From an uncultured Candidatus Saccharibacteria bacterium (GTDB lineage Bacteria; Patescibacteriota; Minisyncoccia; Phycocordibacterales; EsbW-18): a stretch of DNA of 64,000 bases. The notes under the pieces were generated by a model, which saw only the letters and a program-made list of their open reading frames with translations, was not told where the DNA came from and searched no databases. Every line of letters begins with the position of its first letter. Position 1 is the stretch's first letter. The stretch spans positions 34,512-98,511 of the forward strand of contig CAYUSN010000002.1 of NCBI GenBank assembly GCA_964447415.1, read 5' to 3'. This document shows positions 19,987-31,191 of this stretch, in pieces. The position numbers and the translations under genes were made by a program.

Positions 19987-21390
19987 TTAACTGAAAAAAT
20001 TCTTGACAATTACAACGGCAAAGTAGAGATAAAACAGAGACGCACCGACCAAAAAGATATTCGTCACCATTCCCGGACGAAGCGCTTTCGGAAGTTTTGT
20101 GTTGTTCAGATACAGCAGCAGCGGCGTATACAGCGCCATCACAAAACCGCCGAGCGCCGAACTCGCAATCAAAAACACAAACGGCTGATTAAACGGCAAC
20201 AACGCCGCCTGTACGACAATGATGCCGAGAATCAGTCCATAGTAGAGATGGTGAATCGAGACATTGGCAAGTGGTTTAAAAAAAGAAACGAGACGCCCCT
20301 CACGCGCGTTGGTATGAATGATATCTGACACAATGCGGGTAAGCGCATCAATAACCGTCCACATCACCGAAAACAACATGAGGTACGTCATCACAAGATA
20401 GAGCGTCGTTCCGAGGTTGCCGAACTGCGTTCCGAAGATGCGCGCCTGCTCGATTGCCAGCCGTGTGCCGTCCGGAACAATACCCAACGGCGAGAGTACC
20501 ACAAACGCATTGGCGCCCAGCAACAGCAGTGTGACGGTCCCTAACAGCCAGAAAATAACACCCTGATCAATGCGCACAAACATCATCCACTTTTTCCAGC
20601 GTGACATCTGCTCGGGACTGTCGATATCAAACGTTGCGCCGACGACGCCGACAGCCTCCGGTTTTCCTGAAATAGGGTTAGTAATGCGTCCGCTGTACGC
20701 CGCCATACCCGACTGCTTGTCGCGGTACCACAGTGATGTGCAGAGGTTGAGCATTCCGCCCGCGCCTGCAAACACGATGGCACCGAGGAGTACTTTCATA
20801 TCAATACCCTCGGGCATATACCCGAAGCTGGTCAGTCCACGGAGCGCTTCTACGACATTGCCCCACGAAAGGTTGAGTACGCTAATCCATATCAACAAAA
20901 AAGCAAAAACCGGAACGATAACTTTGAGCGCACCTTCAAGTACACGGTACGCGTGCGTACCACGCAAGGTAAACAGCGCGACAAACGCAAGTGAAACCCA
21001 CGCCCAGACGACATACGAACCGAACCCGAAGAGCTCCGCAAGAATGGTGCCCAGTGTACTTGCCCAGCCCGGCCAGATATAGAGAAGCAGTGCCGCGACA
21101 AGCCAAAACAACGGCGTCCAAAACAAAAGTCGGGCAGACGTCGTGAAAAAACTTTCTCCTGTTGCAAGCGTGTGCCGGATGACTTCCTGATTGATGAAGT
21201 ACTGCAACGTGATACCGACGAGCGCGAACCACAGAATTTCAAGTCCGAACTTGGTAACAAGATGCGGCCATAAAATAAGCTCCCCCGTTCCCATCGCCAT
21301 ACCCATAATCACCACACCGACACCGAGCGCTTTCGTCCAAGGAGGCGGCGCCGGCAGTTCTTTTCGCGTCAGCTCTGAAAACGAATACAT
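19987..21390 (-). CDS. Nramp/APC-superfamily polytopic membrane transporter
   Basis: About 11-12 TM segments, GxGELIxWP motif in TM1. Confidence 0.7.
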   Translation of the reverse strand: MYSFSELTRKELPAPPPWTKALGVGVVIMGMAMGTGELILWPHLVTKFGLEILWFALVGITLQYFINQEVIRHTLATGESFFTTSARLLFWTPLFWLVAALLLYIWPGWASTLGTILAELFGFGSYVVWAWVSLAFVALFTLRGTHAYRVLEGALKVIVPVFAFLLIWISVLNLSWGNVVEALRGLTSFGYMPEGIDMKVLLGAIVFAGAGGMLNLCTSLWYRDKQSGMAAYSGRITNPISGKPEAVGVVGATFDIDSPEQMSRWKKWMMFVRIDQGVIFWLLGTVTLLLLGANAFVVLSPLGIVPDGTRLAIEQARIFGTQFGNLGTTLYLVMTYLMLFSVMWTVIDALTRIVSDIIHTNAREGRLVSFFKPLANVSIHHLYYGLILGIIVVQAALLPFNQPFVFLIASSALGGFVMALYTPLLLYLNNTKLPKALRPGMVTNIFLVGASLFYLYFAVVIVKNFFS

Positions 21391-21500
21391 ACGCACAGTA
21401 TACCGCACCGCGCATTGACACTCTCCCCAGGAAGCCGTCAAAAGAAGCCGCTTAACACAATCCACTCCCTATTTGGAAAGCTTGAACGTACAATGTGGTT

Positions 21501-24500
21501 ATGACTGCTCCGTTCGTCCATCTCCACACGCACTCACACTTTTCTCTTCTTTCGGCGCTTCCGCGCATTCCTGAGCTGGTAAAGAAAGCGAAGGAGTACG
21601 GCATGACCGCGCTTGCGCTTACCGACAACGGAAACCTCTACGGCGCAATAGAGTTTTATAAAGCATGTACAAAAGCCGACATCAAACCGATTATCGGCGT
21701 AGATTTTTATTGCGCTCCCCGAACGCGATTTGACCGTGAAACCGGTATCGACTCAAAACGCGAACGGCTTGTTTTGCTTGCAAAAAATTATGAGGGATAC
21801 AAAAACCTCATCAAACTCGTTACGTACTCGCACCTTGAAGGTTTTTATTACAAACCCCGCATCGACACCGAGCTTCTTGAAAAATACCACGAGGGGTTGT
21901 GTGCAATTGTTCCGGTGTTCAACGGCGCGATTGCAAACGCGCTGGCAGGCAACAACAAACAACGCGCCGAGGAAACACTGACGCTGTATAAGAAATTATT
22001 CGGCGACGGGAGCGTGTTTCTTGAAATCACACGGCACCCTGAAATTGAACAACATGACGAACGTGTGAAACGCGTCATCGAATTCAGCACGGAGACCGAC
22101 ACGCCGCTTGTGGCAAGCAACGATGTGCAGTACCTCTCGCCTGATGATGCGCCCGCACGGCGCACCCTGTTGTCCGTGCAATCAAGCGGAGACGGCTGGC
22201 GAAGCGGTTTTACCGAGTCCGACGCTGATTTTTCGTTCATCAGCACCGAACGCGCGGAGGAATTGTTTGCCGACATTCCTGACGCACTTGCCAACACCGT
22301 GAAGGTTGCCGACATGTGCACACTTGAAATTCCTTTGGGTAGCTGGATGTTTCCAGCGTTTCCCATTCCTCACGGCACCACACACGCAGGAGAACTCAAA
22401 CGACAGGTAACCGAGGGTCTTGCGCGGCGCGACATCGCCATGACGGATGAAATTCAAACACGGCTTGATTTTGAACTCTCAACCATTATCGATAAAGGAT
22501 ACGCGCCGTACTTTCTCGTCGTCGGCGACCTGCTGCGGTATGCGCGTGAACATAAAATTCTCACCAACACGAGAGGGTCGGTTGCCGGTTCGCTTGTTTC
22601 ATTTGTACTGGGAATTACCACCGTTAACCCGATTGAGTATCAGTTGCCGTTTGAACGGTTTCTCAACCCCCTGCGCCCTTCACCTCCCGACATCGATCTT
22701 GACATTGCCGATAACCGTCGCGATGAAATGATTGCATACGCGCGTGAAAAGTACGGCGAACACAACGTCGCGCAAATCGGGACGTTCGGAACGATGTTGG
22801 CGCGCGGTTCGGTCCGTGATACCGCACGCGCTCTTAATTACGATCTCGCACTTGCCGACCGTATCGCCAAACTTATTCCCTTCGGTTCCCAAGGATTCCC
22901 GATGTCCATTGACCGCGCGCTTGAAGAAGAACCTGATTTCAAAAAACTGTACGACGGCGATGAAGATGTGCGCGCCATTGTGGACATGGCAAAAAAAATT
23001 GAAGGATGTGCGCGTCATATTTCCGTGCACGCCGCCGGCGTCGTCATCTCGCCGATTGCGCTTGATGAAATTGTGCCGACACAGTGGGACCCGAAAGGCG
23101 AAGGCAAACTGCTCACGCAATACGACATGCACGCCGTTGAAGACGTCGGATTACTTAAATTTGATTTTCTTGGGCTCAAAAACCTCGCCGTACTCGCCGA
23201 GGCGGTACGCCGCGTACGCGCCGTGTACGGACAAAACATCGACGTTGATGCGCTTCCGCTTGACGACAAAAAAACATTTGAGATGCTCGCGACAGGCGAC
23301 ACCATGGCCGTCTTCCAGCTCTCAGGTGACGCGATGACGCAATTCCTTAAAGAACTGCAACCTTCAACGATTCACGACATCAACGCCATGGTTGCGCTGT
23401 ACCGACCGGGACCGATGAAAAACATTCCGGAGTATATTGCCCGCAAACACGGAAAGAAGCAGATTACCTATTATCACCCGAAAATGAAGAGCTTTTTGGA
23501 GCGTTCATACGGTATTTTGGTGTACCAAGACGACCTGCTCTCCACCGCACTTGAACTTGCCGGCTACACATGGGAAACCGTGGACAAATTTCGCAAGGCG
23601 GTCGGAAAAAAGATTCCGGAGGAAATGGCGAAGCAGCATGAAATATTCGTCAAAGGATGCGTGGAACACTCCCAGATGACAGAGAAGCAGGCAGAAGGTT
23701 TGTGGGCACTCTTTGAACCCTTCCAAGGATACGGATTCAACAAAGCGCATGCGGCCTCCTACGGTCGACTCGCCTACCAAACCGCATATATGAAAGCGCA
23801 CTACCCTACCGCATATATGGCGGCGGTACTTTCTGCCGACGCCGGCGATGTGGACAAAATTTCGGAACTCATTTCGGGATGTAAACATATGGGTATCGAG
23901 GTGCTCCCACCGGATATTAACGAGTCTTTCGGTGACTTCTCCGTTGTGCCGAAAGAAAAAACAACCGACGGCACCGAAAAAATACGTTTCGGTCTCTACT
24001 CCATAAAAAACTTCGGCCAAGGCATCGCCGACATCATCATTGAAGAACGCAAAGCGCACGGGCCGTACGAATCACTTGAAGATTTTTTGTCACGCATCCA
24101 CGATCGTAACCTCAACAAAAAATCACTCGAAGCGCTCATACAATCAGGGTCGCTTGACCGCTTTAATGAGCGCGGTGTGATGCTTGCTAATATCAACCTT
24201 ATTCTTTCCTTTAATAAAGAGTCGGGTGAACACGGGCGCGCGCAAGATTCCCTTTTCGGCGGTGCTGCCGGTCCGTTTTTTTCACATCTCACACTTCCGC
24301 CCGCCGAACCGGCAACACAGGAACAAAAGCTTTCGTGGGAAAAAGACTTGCTCGGCCTCTACATTTCCGGTCATCCGCTGGACAAATATAAAAAGTTTTT
24401 TGAAACAACCAACACAAACATCGAGAAGCTCAAAAAAATGCATCCGAATATGACGTCCGTTGCCTACGGACTCGTTGAGGAAGTCCGACCCATCATGACA

Positions 24501-24692
24501 AAAAACGGCGACCGTATGGCGTTCGTACGTATTTCAGACTACACAGGAACGCTTGAAGTTGTGTTTTTTCCGAAGACGTACACGGAGTTTCGTGACAATG
24601 TACTCTCTGGAATCTGTATCGGCGTTAAAGGGAAACTCTCTGAAAGAAACGGCGAAATGTCGCTTATCGCCGACAAGGTTAAAAAATTATAA
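21501..24692 (+). CDS. dnaE: DNA polymerase III alpha subunit
   Basis: PHP domain HLHTHS.FS, PPDIDLD, GLLKFDFLGL, YGFNKAHA, OB fold. Confidence 0.98.
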   Translation: MTAPFVHLHTHSHFSLLSALPRIPELVKKAKEYGMTALALTDNGNLYGAIEFYKACTKADIKPIIGVDFYCAPRTRFDRETGIDSKRERLVLLAKNYEGYKNLIKLVTYSHLEGFYYKPRIDTELLEKYHEGLCAIVPVFNGAIANALAGNNKQRAEETLTLYKKLFGDGSVFLEITRHPEIEQHDERVKRVIEFSTETDTPLVASNDVQYLSPDDAPARRTLLSVQSSGDGWRSGFTESDADFSFISTERAEELFADIPDALANTVKVADMCTLEIPLGSWMFPAFPIPHGTTHAGELKRQVTEGLARRDIAMTDEIQTRLDFELSTIIDKGYAPYFLVVGDLLRYAREHKILTNTRGSVAGSLVSFVLGITTVNPIEYQLPFERFLNPLRPSPPDIDLDIADNRRDEMIAYAREKYGEHNVAQIGTFGTMLARGSVRDTARALNYDLALADRIAKLIPFGSQGFPMSIDRALEEEPDFKKLYDGDEDVRAIVDMAKKIEGCARHISVHAAGVVISPIALDEIVPTQWDPKGEGKLLTQYDMHAVEDVGLLKFDFLGLKNLAVLAEAVRRVRAVYGQNIDVDALPLDDKKTFEMLATGDTMAVFQLSGDAMTQFLKELQPSTIHDINAMVALYRPGPMKNIPEYIARKHGKKQITYYHPKMKSFLERSYGILVYQDDLLSTALELAGYTWETVDKFRKAVGKKIPEEMAKQHEIFVKGCVEHSQMTEKQAEGLWALFEPFQGYGFNKAHAASYGRLAYQTAYMKAHYPTAYMAAVLSADAGDVDKISELISGCKHMGIEVLPPDINESFGDFSVVPKEKTTDGTEKIRFGLYSIKNFGQGIADIIIEERKAHGPYESLEDFLSRIHDRNLNKKSLEALIQSGSLDRFNERGVMLANINLILSFNKESGEHGRAQDSLFGGAAGPFFSHLTLPPAEPATQEQKLSWEKDLLGLYISGHPLDKYKKFFETTNTNIEKLKKMHPNMTSVAYGLVEEVRPIMTKNGDRMAFVRISDYTGTLEVVFFPKTYTEFRDNVLSGICIGVKGKLSERNGEMSLIADKVKKL

Positions 24693-24727
24693 AACGGTGC
24701 CCCGACGGTTTCCCGTCAGGGCGTGTG

Positions 24728-25180
24728 TTACCGCGACTGTTCCCGCCGCAGAAGCCGTCCCCACTGGTTTTCATAAGAAGACCATTTGATGTGGGGCGAG
24801 GTCCACGACTGCTGGTGCAACGGCGGGTGGTGCGGGATATAGAAGCGCTTGGTGTTCGTTCCCTTCGGAACATGGCGCAGGAGCACCTGACTCGGGATGA
24901 CGAGCACGCGCTCACTACCGTCGCACAGTCGGTACAGCACGATGGTAAAGTCCGACTTCCGTAGTGACGTACGTGTCACCCCCAACATGGCATAGTGACT
25001 GTCTCCGTCGGTGCGCACATTCTCCAAATAGTGGAGACGGCAGTCAAAACCGTTGATGTGCAGACGCATCTTACTAACCGACTTCACACGGTTTTTATAC
25101 ACCAACAGAACCTCTTCTACGGAAAAACCCCGTCCTTGTGCCTCAGTTGTGATGCGCGTGCGTAATTCGTCTTTTGTCAC
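24728..25180 (-). CDS. orphan protein (150 aa, basic)
   Basis: ORF with TAAGGAG SD before GTG, an upstream promoter and a downstream hairpin (about 24699-24722). Confidence 0.65.
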   Translation of the reverse strand: MTKDELRTRITTEAQGRGFSVEEVLLVYKNRVKSVSKMRLHINGFDCRLHYLENVRTDGDSHYAMLGVTRTSLRKSDFTIVLYRLCDGSERVLVIPSQVLLRHVPKGTNTKRFYIPHHPPLHQQSWTSPHIKWSSYENQWGRLLRREQSR

Positions 25181-25263
25181 GTTGTTCTCCTTATCGGAAG
25201 AGCAGTTGAAGAGTCTGCGGGAAACTATATACTACAAAGACACCCAGGGGCAATATTTCATAT

Positions 25264-27018
25264 ATGAGCAATACACAATCGGAAGATCTTTCACCGCTAC
25301 GACACACCCTCTCACACCTCATGGCTGCGGCCGTGCTGGAACACTATCCGGACGCAAAGCTTACGCTGGGCCCCGCCATTGATAACGGTTTTTACTACGA
25401 CATCAAATTTACCGAGGCGCCGAGTGAGGATGACCTCAAAAAAATAGAAAAATCGATGAAAAAACTCCTACCGACGTGGAAGGAGTTTTCCCACCGTGAG
25501 GTGTCGAAAGACGAGGCGCTTGAATTGTTCAAAGACAACCCGTTTAAAACAGAGCTCGTCAACGAAATTGCGGAGAAGGGCGAAACCATCACACTCTACA
25601 CAGCCGGTTCCTTCACCGATTTGTGCCGTGGCGGACATGTGGAGCACCCGTCAAAAGATATTGCCCCCGACTCTTTTACCCTTTCGCACATCGCGGGCGC
25701 GTACTGGCGCGGAAACGAAAAAAATCCCATGCTCACGCGCATCTACGGACTAGCATTTGAATCAAAAGAAAAACTTGACGCGTACCTTCATATGCAAGAA
25801 GAGGCAAAGAAACGCGACCACCGAAAGCTTGGAAAAGAACTTGATCTTTTTACCTTTTCCGACTACATCGGCTCGGGACTTCCGCTCTACACTCCACGCG
25901 GTGCGCTCATCCGCCGCCTGCTGAACGAATATGTTGAATCGCTCCAAACAAAAGAGGGGTATGAGCAGGTATGGACTCCGCAGATGGCTAAGGCATCACT
26001 GTTTAAGCAGTCGGGTCACTACGACAAATACAAAGACGACATGTTCCGCGTTGTCTCCAACTATTCCGACGAGGAGTTCTTCCTCAAGCCGATGAACTGC
26101 CCTCAGCACACGCAAATCTACGCAAGCAAAAAACGCAGTTACCGCGACCTACCGCTGCGTTACACCGACTTTGCGATGCTCTACCGCGACGAACAACCCG
26201 GACAGCTCAGCGGTTTGGCGCGCGTTCGGTCGTTCTCGCAGGATGACTGTCATATTTTCTGCCGTGAAGATCAGGTAGATGAAGAAATAGACCGCGCGCT
26301 CTCTATGACCAAAAAAATTATGGCGACCTTCGGGCTCAAATATCGATATCGTCTTTCCACCCGCGATCCCGAGCACCCTGAAAAATATCTGGGTAATCCC
26401 GACACGTGGGACAAGGTTGAGAAATGGGCGGAAAAGATTATGCAGCGGAATAACATTGACTACTTCCCCGGTCCCGGTGAAGCTGCGTTTTATGCACCTA
26501 AGATGGATTTGATCGCGACGGACGCATTGGGCCGCGACTGGCAGCTTTCCACCGTACAGATCGACTACGTCATGCCGGAGCGTTTTGACCTCTCCTACAC
26601 GGACACTGACGGCTCGGAAAAACATCCTGTCATGCTCCACCGCGCCATCATCGGTTCACCTGAGCGTTTCATTATGATTTTACTTGAACATTTTGCAGGT
26701 GCACTCCCGTCATGGCTCTCACCCGTACAGGTCAGTATTCTTTCTATTTCAGACAAGCATGCGGAGTATGGGCAGGAAGTGCTTGCCGCGCTTTCAGGTG
26801 TCGGCATCCGCGCCGAACTTGATGATTCAAACGAAACACTCGGTAAAAAAATCCGAAATTGGAAAATGTCAAAAAATCCGTACGCGCTCGTGCTCGGTGA
26901 TAAAGAGGTCGAGCAGAAAACACTGACGCTTGAATCGCGTTCGGGAGAAAAAAAGGAACTTACGCTTTCCGAACTTATTGCGCAATTACAGGAAGAAATA
27001 ACGGAACGTCGTGCATAA
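25264..27018 (+). CDS. thrS: threonyl-tRNA synthetase (no N-terminal TGS domain)
   Basis: HxxxH and DLCRGGHV editing motifs, RDHRKLG, KPMNCP, HRAIIGS.ERF. Confidence 0.98.
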   Translation: MSNTQSEDLSPLRHTLSHLMAAAVLEHYPDAKLTLGPAIDNGFYYDIKFTEAPSEDDLKKIEKSMKKLLPTWKEFSHREVSKDEALELFKDNPFKTELVNEIAEKGETITLYTAGSFTDLCRGGHVEHPSKDIAPDSFTLSHIAGAYWRGNEKNPMLTRIYGLAFESKEKLDAYLHMQEEAKKRDHRKLGKELDLFTFSDYIGSGLPLYTPRGALIRRLLNEYVESLQTKEGYEQVWTPQMAKASLFKQSGHYDKYKDDMFRVVSNYSDEEFFLKPMNCPQHTQIYASKKRSYRDLPLRYTDFAMLYRDEQPGQLSGLARVRSFSQDDCHIFCREDQVDEEIDRALSMTKKIMATFGLKYRYRLSTRDPEHPEKYLGNPDTWDKVEKWAEKIMQRNNIDYFPGPGEAAFYAPKMDLIATDALGRDWQLSTVQIDYVMPERFDLSYTDTDGSEKHPVMLHRAIIGSPERFIMILLEHFAGALPSWLSPVQVSILSISDKHAEYGQEVLAALSGVGIRAELDDSNETLGKKIRNWKMSKNPYALVLGDKEVEQKTLTLESRSGEKKELTLSELIAQLQEEITERRA

Positions 27019-27415
27019 TTTTAAACTCATCGTCATACTCGCCGCTATTGCAGCCGCCATAGATTTTGTGTGGCTCGGTGTTATTGTAAAAAACTTTTAC
27101 CAAAGTCAGCTGGGTGATTTGATGCGCCCGGCAGGCGTCTTCGGCGACATACGCCTGCTCGGCGCCGTTGCGGTGTACCTTCTGCTTGCTGCAGGAATTG
27201 TATTTTTTGTTTTGCCGAACGCACCGACCGCCGCTGCCGCCATCGGATGGGGAGCATTTCTAGGACTTTTGGTCTACGGCGTCTATGATTTCACCAACTG
27301 GACGGTACTCTCCCGCTGGCCGCTTGTACTCGCGCTTGCCGACATCGCATGGGGTGTTTTCATTCTCGGCTTCCTTTCATGGCTTGCCGTGCATCTCTCC
27401 CGAATCCTCTCGTAG
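27011..27415 (+). CDS. DUF2177-like membrane protein
   Basis: DFVWLG, YGVYDFTN, DIAWG motifs. Confidence 0.8.
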   Translation: MHNFKLIVILAAIAAAIDFVWLGVIVKNFYQSQLGDLMRPAGVFGDIRLLGAVAVYLLLAAGIVFFVLPNAPTAAAAIGWGAFLGLLVYGVYDFTNWTVLSRWPLVLALADIAWGVFILGFLSWLAVHLSRILS

Positions 27416-27419
27416 CGCA

Positions 27420-27815
27420 TCACGCGCCCCCAAACCGTTCCTCTTCCCGCTTGCGAACCTCGTCCTCTTCCAGACCGAAGTGGTGGCCGATTTCGTGCCA
27501 CAGCGTCTCGTATATGACGTCTGGAAGGGTTTTCCCGAGTTCCTGCGCATACCCCTCAATGGGAAGCCGGTACAGCGTGATGGTGTCCGGAAACGCAAAC
27601 CCGGCGTCATTATGACGCTCGGTTCTGGGCACGCCTCGGTAGAGTCCGAGAAGTTCTTTGTTTGACGTCAGTTTGAGCTCCCGGCGAGTTTTTTCAGAAA
27701 CCACATCCTCCGTTAAAAGAGCGACATTTTTCACCAATGCGCGAAATTTCTCAGGCAAACGCACAAACGCTTCCTGCACCATTGTTTCAAATGCTTCTTT
27801 GGAAACACTGTCCAT
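27420..27815 (-). CDS. zincin-like metallopeptidase (DUF1025 type)
   Basis: LLGLYRG.P, PDTITLYR.PI, HEIGHHFG. Confidence 0.85.
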   Translation of the reverse strand: MDSVSKEAFETMVQEAFVRLPEKFRALVKNVALLTEDVVSEKTRRELKLTSNKELLGLYRGVPRTERHNDAGFAFPDTITLYRLPIEGYAQELGKTLPDVIYETLWHEIGHHFGLEEDEVRKREEERFGGA

Positions 27816-28231
27816 TACAGAAAAAATAAACCGATGAGTACGGTCGCCACCCAGCCCATACCAGAAAGCGCACCGGACGTCTTCAGCGTACGTTGTTCCA
27901 ATTTTGAAAGCAGCGCATACGGCTGTCGTGTTGCCGTGAGCATCAGTTTGTCGATAAAAAGTCCGTTGAGAAGGAGTGTTGCGACAAACGCAAGCTTTAC
28001 GTAAAACATCGGTTTTGCAAACCAGACCTCCCACGAAGGAACGGTGATAATGATGCCGGTGACAATGAGCAGAAATAATCCGGCAAACACGAGCCGATGC
28101 GTCCATTTGACCGCGGTTGCCGGCAGTGTCTGCACCGTTCCGCGAAAATACTGGAGACCCATAAAGTCCGCATGGGAGATAACGGGAATGGTGATAAGAA
28201 GCGCTAGGAGATGCAGTGCGACAAAGTCCAT
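27815..28231 (-). CDS. membrane protein, four TMs
   Basis: Hydrophobic 138-aa ORF in an operon with its neighbours. Confidence 0.7.
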   Translation of the reverse strand: MDFVALHLLALLITIPVISHADFMGLQYFRGTVQTLPATAVKWTHRLVFAGLFLLIVTGIIITVPSWEVWFAKPMFYVKLAFVATLLLNGLFIDKLMLTATRQPYALLSKLEQRTLKTSGALSGMGWVATVLIGLFFL

Positions 28232-28236
28232 AAATA

Positions 28237-28713
28237 TTACTTGAGTGTTCCTATCTGGTATGACGCGAGTATGCGTTCGGGTTTTGATTCTCCGCCGTGT
28301 TGACCCTCAAAACTTGAAGAACCGTCTCTGCCGCAAATTCGTATAATTTCTTTTGCTCCGCCGGGGTGTTTGTTCACATAACTTGTCAGATTGTAGACCA
28401 GACCGTTGACGACCGACCAGCAATCAGGCGCGGTGCTATGTAAAGCAACCTGCGACATCGTGTATGTCCCGAGAGTCGTTGTGTCCGGAGCGGACGTGGG
28501 CGCCGGTGCGGAGACCGTTGGTTTCGGTGTCGCCACCACGGGTGTCGGCTCGATATCTGCAGGAGAAACAGGAATCAGCTCCGCGACTTCTTTCGGTGGA
28601 GGCGGTATTTCGGCATTTAGTTTTTCCTCGGCAATCGGGGAAATAATCTGATACACAAACACCGTAGCGCTGAAAATCAATCCGGTGTACACGAGCAGCC
28701 CTTTTGAGTTCAT
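28237..28713 (-). CDS. membrane-anchored cytochrome b5-like heme/steroid-binding protein
   Basis: N-terminal TM, Pro/Thr linker, V..H....DCW..V.G.VY.LT.Y...HPGG. Confidence 0.88.
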   Translation of the reverse strand: MNSKGLLVYTGLIFSATVFVYQIISPIAEEKLNAEIPPPPKEVAELIPVSPADIEPTPVVATPKPTVSAPAPTSAPDTTTLGTYTMSQVALHSTAPDCWSVVNGLVYNLTSYVNKHPGGAKEIIRICGRDGSSSFEGQHGGESKPERILASYQIGTLK

Positions 28714-28802
28714 ACAAAATGCTTCTGAAATAGTTCGTACGGTTACGAGTACCGCCGTACAGGATATACCATGGGTTATTTTTCGTACAGGGTTACAAAA
28801 TC

Positions 28803-29279
28803 TTATACTGCGCCGGTGCGGTCAAACAGATTCTCCGGTAGATAGATAATCTCAAGACCGACACGTATTCCCTGCTCGTGCTCCCACGTCGCTCCGCGTG
28901 ATGTTTGCCAATCGGGCAAAAACAAAAGTTTGTCAACGAGCTTGTTTTCAAAAATAGGGCCGTAAAATTCGTTTAGCAGTCGCACCGGGTATTCCGACGA
29001 CGGTTCGACAATCGCCTTTATCCGCTGCATGGCTAACTCAAACGGAAGCTGATCAAAAATTTCAATTCCCTGCTTCATTGCATGTTCAAATGCAATTTCA
29101 AATCGCTTTAGGTTTGCCTCAACAGAACCCGCACCGCCCGTTGTGATAGGACCGCACATCTGCCCGCGCGGACGGGGTATTCTGTCTAAAATACGCTCTG
29201 CGATGGCAAAAAGATCACCGTACGAACCGGCGAGATTGAGAGCGTCCCTGTCTTCCTGCATCCAATATTTTTCAAACAT
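28803..29279 (-). CDS. DUF4406/nucleoside deoxyribosyltransferase-like protein
   Basis: CGPITTGG, FLPDWQTSRGATWEH. Confidence 0.6.
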   Translation of the reverse strand: MFEKYWMQEDRDALNLAGSYGDLFAIAERILDRIPRPRGQMCGPITTGGAGSVEANLKRFEIAFEHAMKQGIEIFDQLPFELAMQRIKAIVEPSSEYPVRLLNEFYGPIFENKLVDKLLFLPDWQTSRGATWEHEQGIRVGLEIIYLPENLFDRTGAV

Positions 29280-29298
29280 GCTAAGTAGTATACCATCC

Positions 29299-31089
29299 CT
29301 ACTCCTGTGTCCTGCGGGCGCGGGCGCGATCAAGTTCCGTCAAATACTGTTTGCGCAAACGGACTGATTTCGGTGTAATTTCAAGATATTCGTCATCGGC
29401 CATTACTTCCAACCCGCGTTCAATGGAAAGTGTGAACGGTGGCACCAGGTTAATCGCTTCATCAGAACCTGACGCACGCATGTTCGTAAGCTGTTTTCCT
29501 TTTGTGGGATTCACCGGCATTTCTTCTCCTTTTGCTGTGTTGCCGATAACCATACCCTCATATACTTCCACTGCCGGCCCGACATAGAGTACCCCGCGGT
29601 CCTGCAGGTTCCACAGCGAATAGCCGAGTGTCTTGCCCGACACCATAGATACCATGGAACCGGTCGGGCGTTTTGAAATCTCTCCGGCAAACGGTTTAAA
29701 ACCGATGACGCGCGATGAAAGAATTCCCTCTCCTTTTGTATCAATAATGAACTGGTTGCGGTAGCCCAAAAGACCGCGTGTCGGTCCCTCAAGTATAAGC
29801 CGCACCGTTTCGCCGTGTGTACGCATGTTCTGTAGAACAAACCCGCGCCTGCCGAGCCGTTCAATGACCGCGCCTTGAAACACATTCGGCGTATCCACCA
29901 CCACTTCTTCAAACGGCTCTTTTTTCACACCGTGTTCTTCGCGCGTAATGACGTGCGGTTGCGACACCTGCAGTTCGTATCCCTCTCGGCTCATATTTTC
30001 AAGTAAAACCGCAATGTGCAGTTCTCCGCGTCCCGAAACCACAAAACTATCCGTTGACGTAAAATCAACACGCAGCCCAACATTCACTTCAAGCTCACGT
30101 TCAAGACGTTCTCTGATCTGACGCGACGTGACAAGCTTCCCCTCACGCCCCGTAAAAGGAGAATTGTTGACCAAAAAATTAAGCGTGATGGTCGGTTCAT
30201 CCACCGCAATCGCCGGAAGCGGTTCCACGGAAGAATCGGTTGTGACTGTTTCTCCGATATCGATATCGGGCAGTCCGGCAATCATCACAATGTCACCTGC
30301 AGTCGCTTCTTTTGAATCAACTTTTTCAAGTCCGTTGAATGTAAACAACTTTGTAATTTTTCCCTGTCGCGTCTCCCCCGTCGCTTTTTTCACATACACA
30401 CTCTGGTTTGCTGACACGGTTCCTTCGTACACACGCGCAACCGCAAGACGTCCGAGAAAGTTGTCATACCCGAGGTTAAACGGCTGAAGACGCAACGTTT
30501 TTGATTCATTACCCACTCCTGCCGCCGGTACGTGTTCAAGAATGGTGTCCAAAAGCGGTGTGAGGTCAACCGATTCCTCGTGCATGTGTTTTTTTGCGGA
30601 ACCCTCGCGACCGATTGCGTACACTACCGGAAAACTTGCCTGCATGTCGTTTGCACCGAGTTCAAGAAACAACTCGAGCACCGCTTCCTCCGCGTGCGCG
30701 GGGTTTGCGGCCGGTTTATCAATTTTGTTAATAACCACAATCGGATGCAATCCGAGCTCCAGAGATTTTTTCAACACAAAGCGGGTTTGCGGCATGGGTC
30801 CTTCCTGCGCATCAACAACAAGCAAAACGGAATCAACGGAACGCAGCACGCGCTCAACCTCGGAACCAAAATCCGCGTGTCCGGGCGTGTCTACAATATT
30901 AATTTTTGTGCCGCGGTACATGACCGCCGCATTTTTTGCGTAAATAGTGATACCGCGTTCCAGCTCAAGTGTGTTTGAATCCATGGACACACCTTCGGCA
31001 ACGGCGCCGCATTGCCGGAGTATGGCGTCGGTGAGCGTCGTTTTTCCGTGGTCAACGTGTGCGATGATGGCAATGTTTCTGACTTCCAT
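29299..31089 (-). CDS. typA: translational GTPase TypA/BipA
   Basis: [33 protein letters not shown]. Confidence 0.97.
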   Translation of the reverse strand: MEVRNIAIIAHVDHGKTTLTDAILRQCGAVAEGVSMDSNTLELERGITIYAKNAAVMYRGTKINIVDTPGHADFGSEVERVLRSVDSVLLVVDAQEGPMPQTRFVLKKSLELGLHPIVVINKIDKPAANPAHAEEAVLELFLELGANDMQASFPVVYAIGREGSAKKHMHEESVDLTPLLDTILEHVPAAGVGNESKTLRLQPFNLGYDNFLGRLAVARVYEGTVSANQSVYVKKATGETRQGKITKLFTFNGLEKVDSKEATAGDIVMIAGLPDIDIGETVTTDSSVEPLPAIAVDEPTITLNFLVNNSPFTGREGKLVTSRQIRERLERELEVNVGLRVDFTSTDSFVVSGRGELHIAVLLENMSREGYELQVSQPHVITREEHGVKKEPFEEVVVDTPNVFQGAVIERLGRRGFVLQNMRTHGETVRLILEGPTRGLLGYRNQFIIDTKGEGILSSRVIGFKPFAGEISKRPTGSMVSMVSGKTLGYSLWNLQDRGVLYVGPAVEVYEGMVIGNTAKGEEMPVNPTKGKQLTNMRASGSDEAINLVPPFTLSIERGLEVMADDEYLEITPKSVRLRKQYLTELDRARARRTQE

Positions 31090-31191
31090 AAAAGAAAAGT
31101 CGCCTCGCGGGCGGTGTCTGAGATACTACAGTAAAAAGCCTGTGGGGGCAATCAACACAGGTTGACGCAACGCCCTACCGGAGTACTCTGA

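Noticed and set aside
21501-24692. Intein or recoding in dnaE and other core genes
   Set aside because: Lengths and motifs are normal and TGA is used as a stop, so there is no sign of inteins or an alternative genetic code.
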